Origin: Phoronis australis
Taxonomy: Eukaryota; Animalia; Phoronida
Direction of reading: 5' to 3'
Assembly (NCBI GenBank): GCA_002633005.1
Contig: NMRA01000164.1
Coordinates: 261,452-325,451 of the forward strand
DNA: 64,000 nucleotides
In this document: positions 1-13,901 of the stretch, piece after piece
Position numbering within the stretch: the stretch's first letter is position 1
Layout: the number at the start of each line of letters is the position of its first letter
The notes under the pieces: generated by a model
Databases searched by the model: none
Told to the model about the DNA's origin: nothing
Seen by the model: the letters and a program-made list of their open reading frames with translations, nothing else
Position numbers and translations under genes: made by a program

Positions 1-2154
1 TGTATACTTTGTGTTACTTCGTGACTATGAAGGAAAAGTTCCAAGTAGAAATTTGTTTCTGGCATTCTAATGCTGTGCTAATCTCGTATGTTGGTAAATT
101 TGTTTTTAATTCTATGTTTCTGTGGTGCTTTAAGCAACTGATGTATAGGATGTGCTTGTATTATGAAGATCACTCACATTTTGCCCCTAGCCTATTGAGG
201 AGACAATGACCATGCCTTTTGCGAAGTACAACATATTACATATATGCCCTCTACTGTCCACTTTATGGTACCAATAAACAACCCTAGAAGGATACCGTAT
301 GCGGTGCAATTGTGGGCGCATTTCAACGCTCTGCATTGCTCTTGTTGATATTACTGGGCAAAAAATAACTTTTGATTTAGACTACTAACCATTATGAAAC
401 TGTGGAAAGAACTGGCAGTATGGTATATCTTGAGACCTTTCTTAATAAATTTGTATCACCACCCGCCCAACTATTTTGTATGCCAAAAGCTTTATGGCCA
501 ACTGGTAATCCGTTTAGCATTCAATGGCCAAACTGCTTAATATTGCACATATGACCTGACTTGTCAAGTCGTTTTATGTTTTCTGGATTCCAATTTTGAA
601 TTTCCTATAAATCATTTTTAGTCCATTGTTCTGGAGCTGTAGGAGCTTTAGAAATGGTTTCGTGAGTACCATGTTTTCACCTGGCAATTTGATTTTGGCG
701 TTTCCATCTCATTCGTATTTGTACTTTTCAAACCGTATTCGCCCTTGTCGCTTAGAAAAATTTGCTTCAGGAAGGGGGGCCCAAAAGTGGTTGAAACTCG
801 ATCTCCGAAACAGGTGAAATTTACGCTCTGTGACGTATCTGTAACCTATGACAGAGTTTCTACAAAATTGAAGTGCATTGCTATCAAACTCTGTTGTTAA
901 ATTACGAGCATTTTTCAGAAAACCCCAGTGCGAAAACTAACCGACTGATGCATCTCTGCCTCACGATCGCCGATAGGTCAACTAGATTTTTTGAGCAAAA
1001 ATATAGTTTCGACTCAACAAATTACCTGAAGTCCTCTTTAAGTTTTCAAAATAGCATCCCTAAGATTTTTAAGTTCCTGTGGAGTCAGGATTAACTGCAT
1101 ATTAAGTCCAAATCTGCGCTAAATCGTATCCGCAACACGAGAAAAATCTCTGGACGAACACACGTCCTATTGTTGTCATGTGATGTTTGTTTTGGAGTTG
1201 ATCTGCGTGTTTGAGTATAGATACTCATTCAGTCTCATTAGTCTATGGTGTGAGTGAGCAAACTCGTGCATGTCATCAGAGTTCATTTGCCAGAGTAAAC
1301 GCAATGTAACGATCTACCGTAGGCGTCCATTGTAACTAAGGAAATTATCACAAGCAGTAAAGCAGAGAGTGTTTTATGTGGCACTTCTTGATCTTATCTG
1401 CTAAAAAATTCAACTAACGTTCGAGAATTGTCTCGGTAAGGCGGATGTCATTGAGTCGCCGGGTGACTGGATGCGTGACAGTCTAACTGTTATTTTTCGG
1501 TAGATTCGAGGGGTGTAAAGGTGCGAAAGTGTTCACTATTAGTGGGTCATTTTGACTTTAAAATCACCAATTACGACTAATTTAATAATTCTAAAAAAAA
1601 CGCAAACGTTTTTACGGTATTAGCAACTTTTGGAAATAAGTGCCAGTATTTATTTCTTGCCGCTGCTATGCTACCCATTTCATGAATAGATAGTTACCGA
1701 ATACTAGTCTTCAATGACAGGTATTTGAATGTAGCGCGCGCTTCCTGGCCACGTGCTTTTAACTAGGGTAAAGTTTTTATTGGTCTTCGATTCACAGTTT
1801 TCACATAGGTGCAAAGAAATTTGGATTCCTGTTGAGGGAAAAGATCTGTACGGGAAAGATACAATACAATCCCTTTGACAAGTACGCCGCGTCTGTTCTT
1901 AAAGACCAGACCACAACAAGACGCGTCCCTTTCAAGATCAGCAAAACTTTTGCTTTCTTTTTGAAGCACGGCGGATGTTTGAAGTGTATAGTCATGGCTA
2001 AATACCGACATAGCGGCTAGGCTCGTGGTCTACAAATTCTGCGCACAATGATTTTTTAAGGACTGTCGGATCTTATTGATAAATTGAAGATGTTACTGTA
2101 GAATTTTCGAACTGCAGGTAAGGCATTTTTCGCATGCACACATCGTTCATGGAC

Positions 2155-2233
2155 TGGGCGCTTATTTTAGCAAAGTCTGAAAACGCGTGGGGCACTTATA
2201 GGGGCATGGGCGCTTATTAGGGCGAATATGGTA
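2155..2233 (-). mobile_element. Terminal fragment of a Tc1/mariner-pogo-like MITE
   Basis: Minus strand reads TA-CCATATTCGCCCTAATAAGCGCCCATGCCCCTATAAGTGCCCC with repeated TAAGCGCCC subterminal motifs. The partner end was not found. Confidence 0.3.
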
Positions 2234-2447
2234 TGTAAAAAGTTCCCACTCTTAAAATTGCACATTTTCATATGATTTGCCAAGGAATTTGGTAAAAGGT
2301 TTGCCTAATTTGGGATTATTTGACATACTACTCTTTAGTGTTGTGAAAGCACAAAAGCATCTTTAGCTTGACTGAATTTCTAATTCTGCTGTACGAGACA
2401 AGCCGAGTTGACTGGAACAAAACGCTATTTCTTTCATTCACTTTCAG

Positions 2448-5400
2448 GCTACATTCACATGTCATTCGAATGCCTCAGAGATTCCTTTGTACATGACCAC
2501 TCGTAGGTATCTGTCAGTGCGATTGGACAACCAAGGTGACATGAATTCAAAGTTCAAACTGGTTTTGACAACATTCAAAAGATGTAAGTGGTTTGGTCAC
2601 AAAATGAGAAATGAAGTTTGTGCGAACTTGTGTTATAATTGTTGTCTGATAGAAAAATATGCACAGTGCTATAAGCTTTACATTTTGGTCAGAGCTTTCA
2701 CGAATGCCATTATTGTGGTGAACTTTGACTCAAGCAGCTCAGTTAATGCTGCTCTAAACCTGAGTTATGTCAAAGAAATTAATATGATTAAGACCACATA
2801 GTCCCTTAAAGTTGTTCTCTGCTTGTTCCTTACTCCGATGAGAAGTGATTTGTGAGCTTGCAAAGATTTGGCAGTTCGATATTCCTTGAGACCATGCTGA
2901 GCGCACAAAATGACCCACCATGATAAGCCAATTTGCAGAGCCTCGTCTCAAGCAATAACGAGATATCAGTTCTTTCCAATGCTAGAAATCACTTCAAATT
3001 TGAAACAATTTCAGGCCAGTTTCTTAGTGATGAGTTTGTTTATAGCCACTCTAAGTGTCTTTTCTTACTTGCTGCTTGGCATTTTGTCAGTACAGTGTGT
3101 CGGTTGAATTTCTAGAAGAGTTATTAGCATGTGCCACTTTTGTTGTGTATCACATTGTGTGATTATAGCTAGCTACTGCAGTGAGTACAGGTGTTTCAAT
3201 GGTTTGTGCATCGACAAAGACCTCAGATGTGACCTAGTGGACCATTGTGGTGACAATAGTGATGAGAAATACTGTAAGTATACTCAAAGTGACCTATGTA
3301 GCATAGCCTCAGGATCATTAATTGGGGATCCTACAATGAACACCTTAACAATGTAATGTTAAGTGAGCTGGGGACCTCTCTTTGGATTTCCCTTAAAGCC
3401 CTTCTCTCAAACTGCCCATGTGGTTCCCGTATCCGAAAATACTTACTACATAAATTCTTATTTTCGACACCCTTTCTTTATATTCTTTTCGCCTTTCTTG
3501 CCAAAAGCGATTTTTTAACAGTATTTGACCCTTCTCTCTGAGCGTATGATTACCGGTTGTCATCGGTTATTTCTGTACCCACATTTCCGGCTCATCAGTT
3601 CAGGAACTTGTCCTGAACGCCGCCATTTTTTCCTTGTAACTGAATGTGCCATGGCTTGCTCGAAAAGTCTTCATTATTTTGTTTTNNNNNNNNNNNNNNN
3701 NNNNNNNNNNNNNNNNNNNNNNNNNNNNNNNNNNNNNNNNNNNNNNNNNNNNNNNNNNNNNNNNNNNNNNNNNNNNNNNNNNNNNNNNNNNNNNNNNNNN
3801 NNNNNNNNNNNNNNNNNNNNNNNNNNNNNNNNNNNNNNNNNNNNNNNNNNNNNNNNNNNNNNNNNNNNNNNNNNNNNNNNNNNNNNNNNNNNNNNNNNNN
3901 NNNNNNNNNNNNNNNNNNNNNNNNNNNNNNNNNNNNNNNNNNNNNNNNNNNNNNNNNNNNNNNNNNNNNNNNNNNNNNNNNNNNNNNNNNNNNNNNNNNN
4001 NNNNNNNNNNNNNNNNNNNNNNNNNNNNNNNNNNNNNNNNNCCACATTTCTTCAGCAAATTCCATAAAATTGTCCGTAGTTTGATTTTATCAAAATTAAG
4101 GCGCGCTGTCGATTTTTTTATCCCCGTTTGCTGGCTGGTAACAGTACAGGCACTGCTCCAGTCGCACTGACGGCGTTTTCTCGGCCTGGGTTCCTGAATG
4201 AATTGTACTTCCGGGTTCGCGGCAAATTCAAAATGGCGGTGTTTCTTCGGGTGCAAATCGTGAGTGGCGCGTTCATTTAAACTTTTTTCGAGTACGGATC
4301 GTGTATTAGTTATGGGGTAGGTACTTCTTGGATCCTTATAACATCTTCTAACCATGTAATAAGGGTTAACAACGCGTGAGAGAAGGACTTTAAGGATAGA
4401 TCAGCGTACCTAACCAGTAGTAAGCATCCTGCATGTGACACCTTCAGCATTGTGAGAGATTGTAAGTCATTCAAGTGACCCAATTTCAAATCTGTGGGTG
4501 CAAGATGGGTCAGATTTATTACTAAATAGACAAAATACAATTTTCAAGGAGTTTTCTATGCTAGACGTTTTCACTTGAATAATTTGAATATTCCACCACC
4601 TGACAGTGGTATTTTGATGACATGATTGCAAACAATTTGTTGAAAAAGTTTTGAAATTTTACTCTGTTAAATCTGCATCCTAGTTGACGGCTTTCAGTAT
4701 GATATAACTTCTGCTGTGCCACGCAGTTGCAATTTGAAATTTTTGCATTTGTCTCTACATCTACCAAGTCATTTGCTGGATTCTTTATAAAATTTTGGCA
4801 GATATTTTCCTACCAACACATACTTTTTTGGGCCGAAACAAATATCGTTGTGCCCTCAAGTGGCAATTTTATATTTTTGTTGCCGTTATTTTGGTGTTTG
4901 CCTCTCTGACCGCCATACCATTGAAAGGATCATCATGGAATTTGAATATAACCTTTAGATACATTTTTGTACCTGCCTCAATATCTCACAAGTTTGGTTG
5001 AAAATTATTTTGAAATTTGACTTCAGTGTTTCTAGAGCAAGGCTGCTTTCAATTTTTTTGTCCAATTTGACCACTGCTACACTTCATTGTGACTGTCTCT
5101 CTGCACTTTCGGGAATTGATCTAGGATCGTCATAAAGTTTTAAGTGACGTATTTCTTCTGAGGAGAGTTGTAGCAATCTCAGTATTTACTAGGAGTGCAT
5201 TTGTCTATTTTGATACCACTGCAGCACGTTGACACAATTTCAAGTTCACCAGTTTTGTGCACTTTAGTGCATGCAAGTTTTAAAGAATTAACGCCCATTA
5301 TATCTTGGGCACTTACGCACTTACGATGCAGACGATGTGTGCATATCAATGGTCTGAATTGGTTTTGTTTCATCAAGGATTTGTAACAGCACAAAATTAG

Positions 5401-8275
5401 TATTTTACTAGTTTGTGCTCTCTGTTGTACTACCTTTTAACCATATGGCAAATAGGGCCGTCTGGGATTACTCTGTGACACTCGATGCCGTTAACATCCA
5501 TCAGGCACATTTTGCTACCTCGTTTCCGTGCGATTGGAGTTGGCATGTTATTTGTTATAGTCTGATTCTTTACAAGTTTTTCTCAGTTGCATTACTGTAT
5601 TCTTCTTTCCAATGCCAACGAAGTATTACTGCTATGCTGTGGGATGCAACTCCAACATGAGAAAGTTTGATAAACTGGACAAATACCCATGGATGTGGGA
5701 TGTGAAATTCTTTGCATTCCCAACATCAATGAGAGATATGGAAATGCGCCTGATTTCTAAAACAGGTCCACGCGCTTTCTTAACTCCAGGACAAAGGAGA
5801 GTTCTACCACTGTGTTATCTGTGGACATTCGCATCTGTTGTTTATTGGGTAATGATCTGATATAGCGTGCCCGATTTTTGAGAACCAGTTTCTCCGCTAA
5901 GTAATGGGCATCAATCTGGTTCTCAAAATACGGGCACGTTATATCAGACTATTGCCGTTTATTGTTTTCTTAGTACATGCATCCTTATTCTAGCTTTGAC
6001 AGACTCATTTTGCGACTGTATTTCGCACCCTGTTGTGTGTGTCCTGTGGTCTTTGTGTATTCGTGTATGTTATACAGTTGGTCAACTTCTCTCTCTTCAT
6101 GTTTGTAGGCTTGTAACTACCGTTTTATATCATGCTCTGAAGATGGAAAGTGCATTACGAAACATTAGTATTTTTTCAATTTCTGTGTTGTTTTCACCAC
6201 TCATATTGAATATGTGGCAACTCCTATATAGGAGTGATCTAATTTTTAGATCGTTATTACGTGTGTACAGAAGTACAACAAAGTTGTGTTTAATCAAACA
6301 TGTAACAATGAAGGTCTACTACCAAGTTATGCTAATGTCGGAAGACTTTAAAAAGTGAAAATTGCCAATATTTGACGATTATTTTTGTCCAAAATAGGTG
6401 AGATTTTACTGCAGCATGCCTTTTTTTGCAGGCTCCACCAAGCGTAGCTACTATTTCAACACTGGTAGTCTGGCTGGTGTCATCGTAGCCATTCTTGTGC
6501 TCGTCTTCATCGTCACATTGTTCATATTCATCCGCAGACGACGGGGGATGGCAGCACGTCATCACAGATCACCCGTATCGATGTCCTACCAAGCCCAGGC
6601 GCCACCTGCAGGATCGTATCCAGGTGCTTATACACCTTGTAGTTCCACTCATTCAAATAATGAAATGGCATACAAAACTTGTTTACAAAATATATGTCAG
6701 CCATGTATCCCTATTTCACACACACACAAAGTGAAAAATTGACTGTGAGTGATTTAGGTGAGACAAGATATTCCAACCGAGTAGCCTCGTGCAAAAGAAG
6801 GCAGGGACGCGATATCATTTTTCCAAATAATTATGGGTGTGCAAAATGACGTATGTTTACTCAACAAGTGGAGAATAATAGTAGTCACTGCAACACTTAA
6901 TTAATCTAACAATTGACCTGTTTTGGTCAAAATTGAGCTTTTCCTTTTTCAAAGTCTTTCAGCTTGTCCATGAAAGCCTGCAAATTCTCAAATCAGTGTC
7001 TGCTGGTAGCTGTGGTTTAGAAATTCAAATTGAATGTGGTAAAGTATTCATTATGCGTAACATCTTTTTTGAAAAAAAAATAAGTTTCATTTGTTTGCAT
7101 ATTTTGCCCTAAATAGCTGAGAATTTATCATGCTATTTTGTTATAAGTAAAGTGTTGCAGGTTTAATTGAAGAATTTTGATTTGCACAATTACTGCATCG
7201 TCAATAGTAGACAGGGCTGTGTTAAGTAATCGCGAGGTTAAGGTACAAAAAAGTAATAGGACTTACAATTTAGCCAATTTAATGTTTGCTGAAATGTCAA
7301 AACAGATATTTTCTTACCTTCGAATTGTATTCTCTGCACAGTCCCCTAATCCTGTCACCTAATTCTGCTGGCACAAGCAAGAAGGGAGTTTGTTTTTTTT
7401 TTGATTTTACATTTGGTGAGCTCTGAAAAAGAACTTTTCTCCTGGGTATTGAATTTCATAATTGTCGGGTACAAATACGTATGACTATCTTAATATTAGG
7501 GTTTGCAATTCACTCATATAACAAACAGTTTTGTAGACAATTCATCCCTTGCCAAAATGTACATTTCCAGATATATTGGTGTTTTACAAATTGCATTATA
7601 ATAAAAAGTGCCTTTAACTTTAGGACTGTAGAATAACACAAAAAATACAAAACTATTGAGAAGTATAGGGTAATGTTTATTTATTTTCTCGAGTGTACAA
7701 TACATTCTTTTCATTGGTGAGGTTGTCTCGTTTGTCGTCATTAAAATGTAAATGCAAACAGATAAAAATTAATTTTTCATTTTGATTTTTTGAAAATATT
7801 TTGAAACAGCAAATAGCCAATTATGATTTTTTGTCCATCAGGCTTAGTAGCTTCGTAAGCCAAGGTAAAAGTATGAGATAGATAACTCATCTTTTCACCC
7901 CTATGTCAACCCCCAGGTTGAGGTTGAGTAAGTTTCAAAGTAAGGAAGTGAATACTGGCTATATTTCAGATTACACAAAGCCTACTGTGTGCTGGCAGCC
8001 AGAATGAGGCTAAGCATGGCCTTGATGTTAGAAACTAAGCCATCATCTGTTTGATCACAGAACCTTTAACACCTTTTTCTTGTATTTTAGTCCAGCCTGC
8101 TGTGCAGCCCATGGGCTATGCTCCTCCGCCTCCAAATGCCTACGGCAGCGCTACTGTTCCTCCCTATGCTCCTAAGTACCCTCCACAGCAGGAGTATCCA
8201 CCTCAGCCAATGCCTGGCTACGCTCCTACTCCTGATCCAGCATTTAATTACAATGCCCCTCCACCAGGTGGGTAA
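2448..8275 (+). CDS. 5'-partial single-pass membrane protein: CUB-like C-terminal half, LDL-receptor class A repeat, TM helix, Pro/Tyr-rich cytoplasmic tail
   Basis: Exons 2448-2583 (ATFTCHSNASEIPLYMTTRRYLSVRLDNQGDMNSKFKLVLTTFKR), 3169-3273 (SYCSEYRCFNGLCIDKDLRCDLVDHCGDNSDEKY), 6432-6623 (split codon T|GC supplies the 6th LDLa Cys; TM LAGVIVAILVLVFIVTLFIFI then RRRR), 8091-8275 (QPAVQPMGYAPPPP...APPPGG*). All introns GT-AG and phase 1; total 618 nt is divisible by 3. Upstream exons not identified. Confidence 0.8.
3686..4041. other. Assembly gap (N run)
   Basis: 356 consecutive N inside an intron of the CUB-LDLa gene. Confidence 0.99.
5612..5725 (+). pseudogene. Truncated THAP-domain N-terminus (DNA-transposon relic)
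   Basis: MPTKYYCYAVGCNSNMRKFDKLDKYPWMWDVKFFAFPT matches the THAP start (M-x-CxxxxC-N...FxFP). The distal W and CxxHF are missing. Intronic. Confidence 0.5.
5856..5948. mobile_element. Short hairpin MITE (GAGAACCAG...CTGGTTCTC family), copy 1
   Basis: 33-nt arms 5856-5888 and 5916-5948 are reverse complements with 3 mismatches. Related copies at 19109-19188 and 30362-30461. Confidence 0.7.
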
Positions 8276-10753
8276 TATTGCTGTTGATATAATCTACTCA
8301 GCTCTGCATTGTGTTCAAGTTCCAAAGTGCCATCCTGTAACCCCATCCGACATCGGGTCACGAAACCAGCTCATGTCCAGACATATTGCTTTGGCACATA
8401 ATATTTGTAAGTACTGAGTCCAATCCTTGGCTTATCCGGTCTTCCAAACCACGTCAATCACTTCTATCCTGTGAGGTACAGTCTGGGGCTTATTTAATTG
8501 TGGTTAGTGATTTGTACATCAAAAATCACTGAAGACCGGTGCATTGCTTTGAAACTAATATCGAACTCTTCGGTTGCACCTTCTGGTGTTAGATTTGTCT
8601 TCCTTTCACAGTTCTTAAATGATGCCTTAAACTTCTGGTCATTTGTTCCGCATTGTTTAAACATTATCTTGACTTTGTGAACTTCTGTCATTGAAACACT
8701 TAGCTTCAATGAAACATTAACCTTTGCTTGTTCTCGGCATAGCATACAACGGTGTTCAGAACTGAGACTGAGTAAGGTAGATGCAACAGCGGATGGATTT
8801 TTTCCTCTTCAGTTGTCTTGTTACTTTCTATTATATGTTGAAATTAATAATTTAAAAAACAGTGCATGCTAAATTGATTAGACAAAATGATCCTGACGAC
8901 GTCTGAGTACTGGCGATTCACCATCAGATTACCTGAAATGATCAATTATGATTGGTTGTTACCCTAATTTTTGTTTGATTATTTTTGGCTTACGCTCTAC
9001 ACTTGAAGAAGATCCCAAGAGCTGTGTACTTTTTGTACAAAATCAAAACTTTCTTAGACAAAGTCATTTTGCATGTTCGGAATGTGGGGATAAATTTGTC
9101 TGTATTTTTCACCACATTTATGTAACGAATGCATTAATAATATGGCTTTCAGGAGATTTAGGGAATAGGCTGGTTCCCTGCTTGAATTGTTCATACATTG
9201 CTGTGAATGTTTTGTGGCTTTAGATATTGAAAAATTGTGTATATTTTAATCAGATAAACATGTTATGCATTCCATAGACATCACGCAAAATCACCCAAGT
9301 TGAAAGCAACTACTTCGTTAATAAGCTAGGGAGCGTACTAGCGTACCAGCACCTTGATGTGTGACTGTGGTTGGCATGTTGCATTGTGGGATAGAATTCC
9401 ATTCAATAAGCTAATATTTCGTGCTGCAAGTGGTTCGCGAGTGTGTTGAGCCTACAGTACGCTGCAAGAGGGACAGTTTACAGCCTTGTCTTTTGTTTTT
9501 TGATTTCATTATCAAACAGAAGACCAGTTCAAGTCGTTGACTATACATTGCTCTCACTCTGTAATGTGTTTATTACTCTTCTTGCCAGTAAGGATGTTTG
9601 TTGTTTTTAGTTGTGTTTAAAGCAGCATTGGCCCTGTGCTTTAATGTGTAAAATAACAAGATTTGATTTTGGCCACTTACCGTTACAACATTGATTTTAT
9701 TTTGTTCCTTGCTCAGTTTTGAAGTGATCATTGGCCTCAGGAAGAATTTTAGTTTTTTACGTTTGCCTCTTTATCTTTGGAATTCTTTAACAGATTTTCA
9801 TGAAATTTGGCAGATAGGTATCTGTTAGGAAGATGACACCACCATCACGTTTTCGAACGGATTCGATGTATTTTGCGCCACATAGTAGCCATTTTTATGG
9901 TTTTTAGTCTTTTTTGCTGTCTACTCCTCTATAGATCAAACCACTGTAAGGATGAATATGAAAATTTACATAATTATATGCTCCTACTTGGAAGCAGACA
10001 GCTGGCGATAATTTTTGAAAGGCTTTAACTACAGTGGCCCCTTTAAATTGGAGCGTTATTTTTTTTTGCGTCATGGTAATTTCATTTTCCTTTGCATGTT
10101 TGAAGTTCCTGGACAAGTTTTTGTGAAATTTGGGAAACGATTTCTATTAAAGAAGCGATGACATCTTTCAGTTTTCAGATGAATTTGACGTAGTGCACGT
10201 CACTTTGTGGTCGTTTTTTGTTATTATGTTCTTGTTATGAAAATTTGTAATGTGCTCTACTGAGAGGAGCATGGCTGATGATTTTTGGACATTTTTAATT
10301 ACTGTGGTTCTCTCTATTGGCAGTTTGCTATTTTCGCATCCACAGCTGTTTCTCCCTGCAGGATGTTTGTGTAATTTGGCGAGTGTGTTTCTATGAACAC
10401 AACAGATGAGGACATTTGAACATATTAAGTGACTTCCTGTGCACCCACTAGAGGCTATTTTTAGATAGCATTGCTCCATATAGTGGGAATGTTTCAAATA
10501 CTAATCGTCCCTTCTACCTGTGCTTTATGGGATGCACACAGCGGGTGCATACCAACGTTTCTCATAGCTCTTGTTTACACTCTCGAGACTTAAGCTCAAT
10601 ACATTTGTGTTTATTACACAAGCTGTATTCATTCAACGGTTATAAACTCGCTTCCTATCACAAAACATATCACTTATATACCACTTATCTCTTTAAAATT
10701 TGTCTCAAATTGTTCCTCAGGCACATTAGAGGTCATTTATGGACTTAAGTTTG

Positions 10754-10810
10754 TTATTGTTCAAGACCAATCTCTACATATTATTGTTCAAGACCAATCT
10801 CTACATATTA
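10754..10810. repeat. 27-bp tandem duplication
   Basis: TTATTGTTCAAGACCAATCTCTACATA present twice in tandem. Confidence 0.85.
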
Positions 10811-13610
10811 TCAAGTGTCAGTTTTCTCCTAGCCCAGAAATCTCTAATTATCTCAGTTATGAGCAAGTTGGTATCAGTTTTATGACAGGCAATGTTCTAA
10901 ACCAAAAATTAGCTTCTTCGATGGAATCCAGCTTCACAGTCTCTTTAATCCTTCCATTAGAAGTGACTAAATTTACGCAACTCTACGGTCATTAATCCAA
11001 ATCGGCAGTTCAGGTAAACACCTTCACTAACTTTTCAAAAATCCTGCAGAAGGCCAATGCCCTCACCCTTATTATTGAGATTTTCAATTAAATTTAAATT
11101 GCCCTGGCATGAACTTGGACAAATAGGGTAAATGTTAAAAATTGTGTTTTCCAGGTTATTATCAAGCCACAAACAGTCAGCCATCTTATCCACCGCAGTA
11201 GCAAAAGTTGTGAGAAAAGACCTTCACAGGATTGCACAGTGTTACGTGTTCCAAAAAAGCGATGATTCTCAAAATTGTTGACAACATCAAGGTTATGCTA
11301 TACCTTTGTGATAAGGCAGTCATATATTTTTCAATTTCTTTTGGGTATTGTAGCAATGTACTCTGACTTCAAAAACGAATAAACTGCGATTTTGGCCACC
11401 ATTTTTGTGCGACATTGGAGGTATTACTGCAATTAAAATTCTAAAGCATGTTAACTTGAATCTGTTTCATGAACTAAGAGTCAAAATTTTATTCAGAAAA
11501 GAAATATGTACACGGACTGCATGTTGCTCATAAGTGATAGAAACCTTCACTTAAACAAGAGTTGAATAAAAAATTATTTTATTGATGTGATTGCCGGGGT
11601 TATTTGGTAAATATAGCGTTGAAACAGATGCAGTCTTGAGTGTCTTGAATGTATTGACATTGATTTTATATATGGTTCTCCTGAGCGCAGAACTCTGCAA
11701 CACCTATGGTCAAAATTCTCCAGTCTCGGACTGAAATTCAAGCCAAAGTTTCTTATGATTATGAAGGTTGGGATATGTCATTCATCACAATTCTAAAGTA
11801 TCCCACACAGCATTTTGTATTAAGTAAGTCTGAGGTAAAGTTCTTAGCAATAGCTGCTGAGTTCGGAATGGGTAATTTTCCCATCTTTCTCGTAATTCTT
11901 GAATTTGGGATGGCCAGTGTTGCCCATTTTTACTGTGGTCTAGGATGTAAGGTAAATACAATCTACATTATCCTAAGATTGATGGAGACGCCCATTTTCA
12001 GTGTGAACACACTAGGCAAACTAATTTTTGCAGTCAGGGAACATAAAATATTCATAACTTTGTAATTTTGACATTAGTATTTGAAACACAGGGTGTAATT
12101 TTTCATATGGCTTTGCTTTAAGGTACGCACAGTTCCATTTTAGAATGTTGTTTTCTTAGGAATCTCATCAGTCTTTACCTATTAAGATTATGTGCAGTGT
12201 TGTTATCTTGTCTGCTTTTTTGCAGTTATCTATATTCAAATTACTTATTAAAAAATTACATTTTTTGTGTCACATTTTCTAGGAAATCGCCAAGAAAATA
12301 GATCTGAAAACATGTTCATGGAATTTAAACCCACTTGTTATATCAATGTCTGTGTGTGTTTTATATTCATTTCTGACTTTCAACTTTTGCCGTAACATGA
12401 CAAGATGTTTAAAATGATGTCTGTGCGTCCCGTCTCTTGTTACTGTTAGTGGTGACATAAAATTTTAGAGCACTGTTAAAATCTAAGAGTTTCCAAACAC
12501 AGCAGGAGAAGTGCGACAAGATCTCCGTCTTTTTGCATGGAAAACAAAGGTGTGACAAACCTAGGGCATGGAATTTACACCCAACATGCAACACGTTACT
12601 AGCTCCTGGTCTGTTGTCTTCGGTTGAAGTCGGACTCTTGATGGCATTTTTGACAGTTGTTTTTCACATTGCAGAGTAGTCTTTTGAGGGATTTTTGTTG
12701 AATTCCGTATGTAGAAAGATCTTGTCAAGAACTATCTGAAAGACGATATCCACTTCTCCCTACTCCCATTTTCAGTTGATTTTGCCAAGTGTCGCTCTGT
12801 CAGTGCACTTTCATTTTACCTCATCGTATTTCCAAATGTTATGGTTATGTAGGTCCTTACCAATAAGTCTGTGTATTTAGTTAACCAAATACCGACAAAA
12901 CAATACATTTCTTTTCAGTAAAAGTATATATTTTCTGAAAATAGAAAGCCTGTAAAACTTGATTTTTGACTTTTCACCAATCAGCCTTTAATCAGGCCAT
13001 GTGACCATGTCTTTTAAGTAAAATTTTAGAAAAAAAGATACTACAGTGCTGGTAAAACAACTGTATCAATGACATTACAAAACTTCATTTGATGTAAATG
13101 TTGAAGAGGATATCTTAAACACTGTAATTTCGTTTTTGTATATGCAACTTTCATTTTTTCCTAAAATGATAATTGCATAGCCCCTCTGCGGAAAATTTTT
13201 AAAAACAAATCGTTTTGGATAACGTTGGATGAAGCATTGTATTTGAAAGTTTCATATGAATATGGTCGCTCATTCCTGAGATACGTTGTTCCAAATATGG
13301 ACATTTTTAGGGTCTTACATGACCTTAGCTGCAGAACTAGTTAGGTTGAGCGGAAATCACAAATCAAGTGAGCAACAGTGAATTTTCCTGTGGAAGTAAT
13401 CAATGAACGTCATTTGTTTCCCATTTTTATCATATGTTATACAGGAATGTAAACTAACTGTACTAAAGAAATTGTCAAAGGGTTCTACCTCACAACAGGA
13501 ACCAAATCCATGGAACTCAATCATGGCACTACATGGGAGCTTTAAATAAAAATGGTTTTACTTTTTATGTCATTGTTTTCTTAGACAGCTGAACTGACCG
13601 TTGCAAGAAA

Positions 13611-13661
13611 TTGCTAATAAGTAGTGTTTTCTATTGCTAATAAGTAGTGTTTTCTATTGCT
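13611..13661. repeat. 23-bp tandem duplication
   Basis: TTGCTAATAAGTAGTGTTTTCTA twice in tandem. Confidence 0.85.
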
Positions 13662-13758
13662 TGGCTTGTTTTTATGATGTAGTTTGTTAAATGCTGGTTA
13701 GAAAGTCTCTGTTAAACTAGTTCGTGCAATCACTTGGTTCGTGCTAGAAATATTCAAG

Positions 13759-13901
13759 ATAACTTGGAATGTGTCGGATACATATTCATATAACTGGAAT
13801 ATTAGACTTAAACTTGGTCTGTTTTCTCAACTGGATGTCTCAAAATTTCCATGCTTTCATAACTGGAATGTGTCGGATACATATTCATATAACTGGAATA
13901 T
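13759..13901. repeat. ~43-bp direct repeat, copies ~100 bp apart
   Basis: ATAAC(T)TGGAATGTGTCGGATACATATTCATATAACTGGAATAT at ~13759 and ~13859. Confidence 0.8.

Noticed and set aside
3525-4355. Several long ORFs in the ORF track
   Set aside because: They are open only because they run through the N gap.
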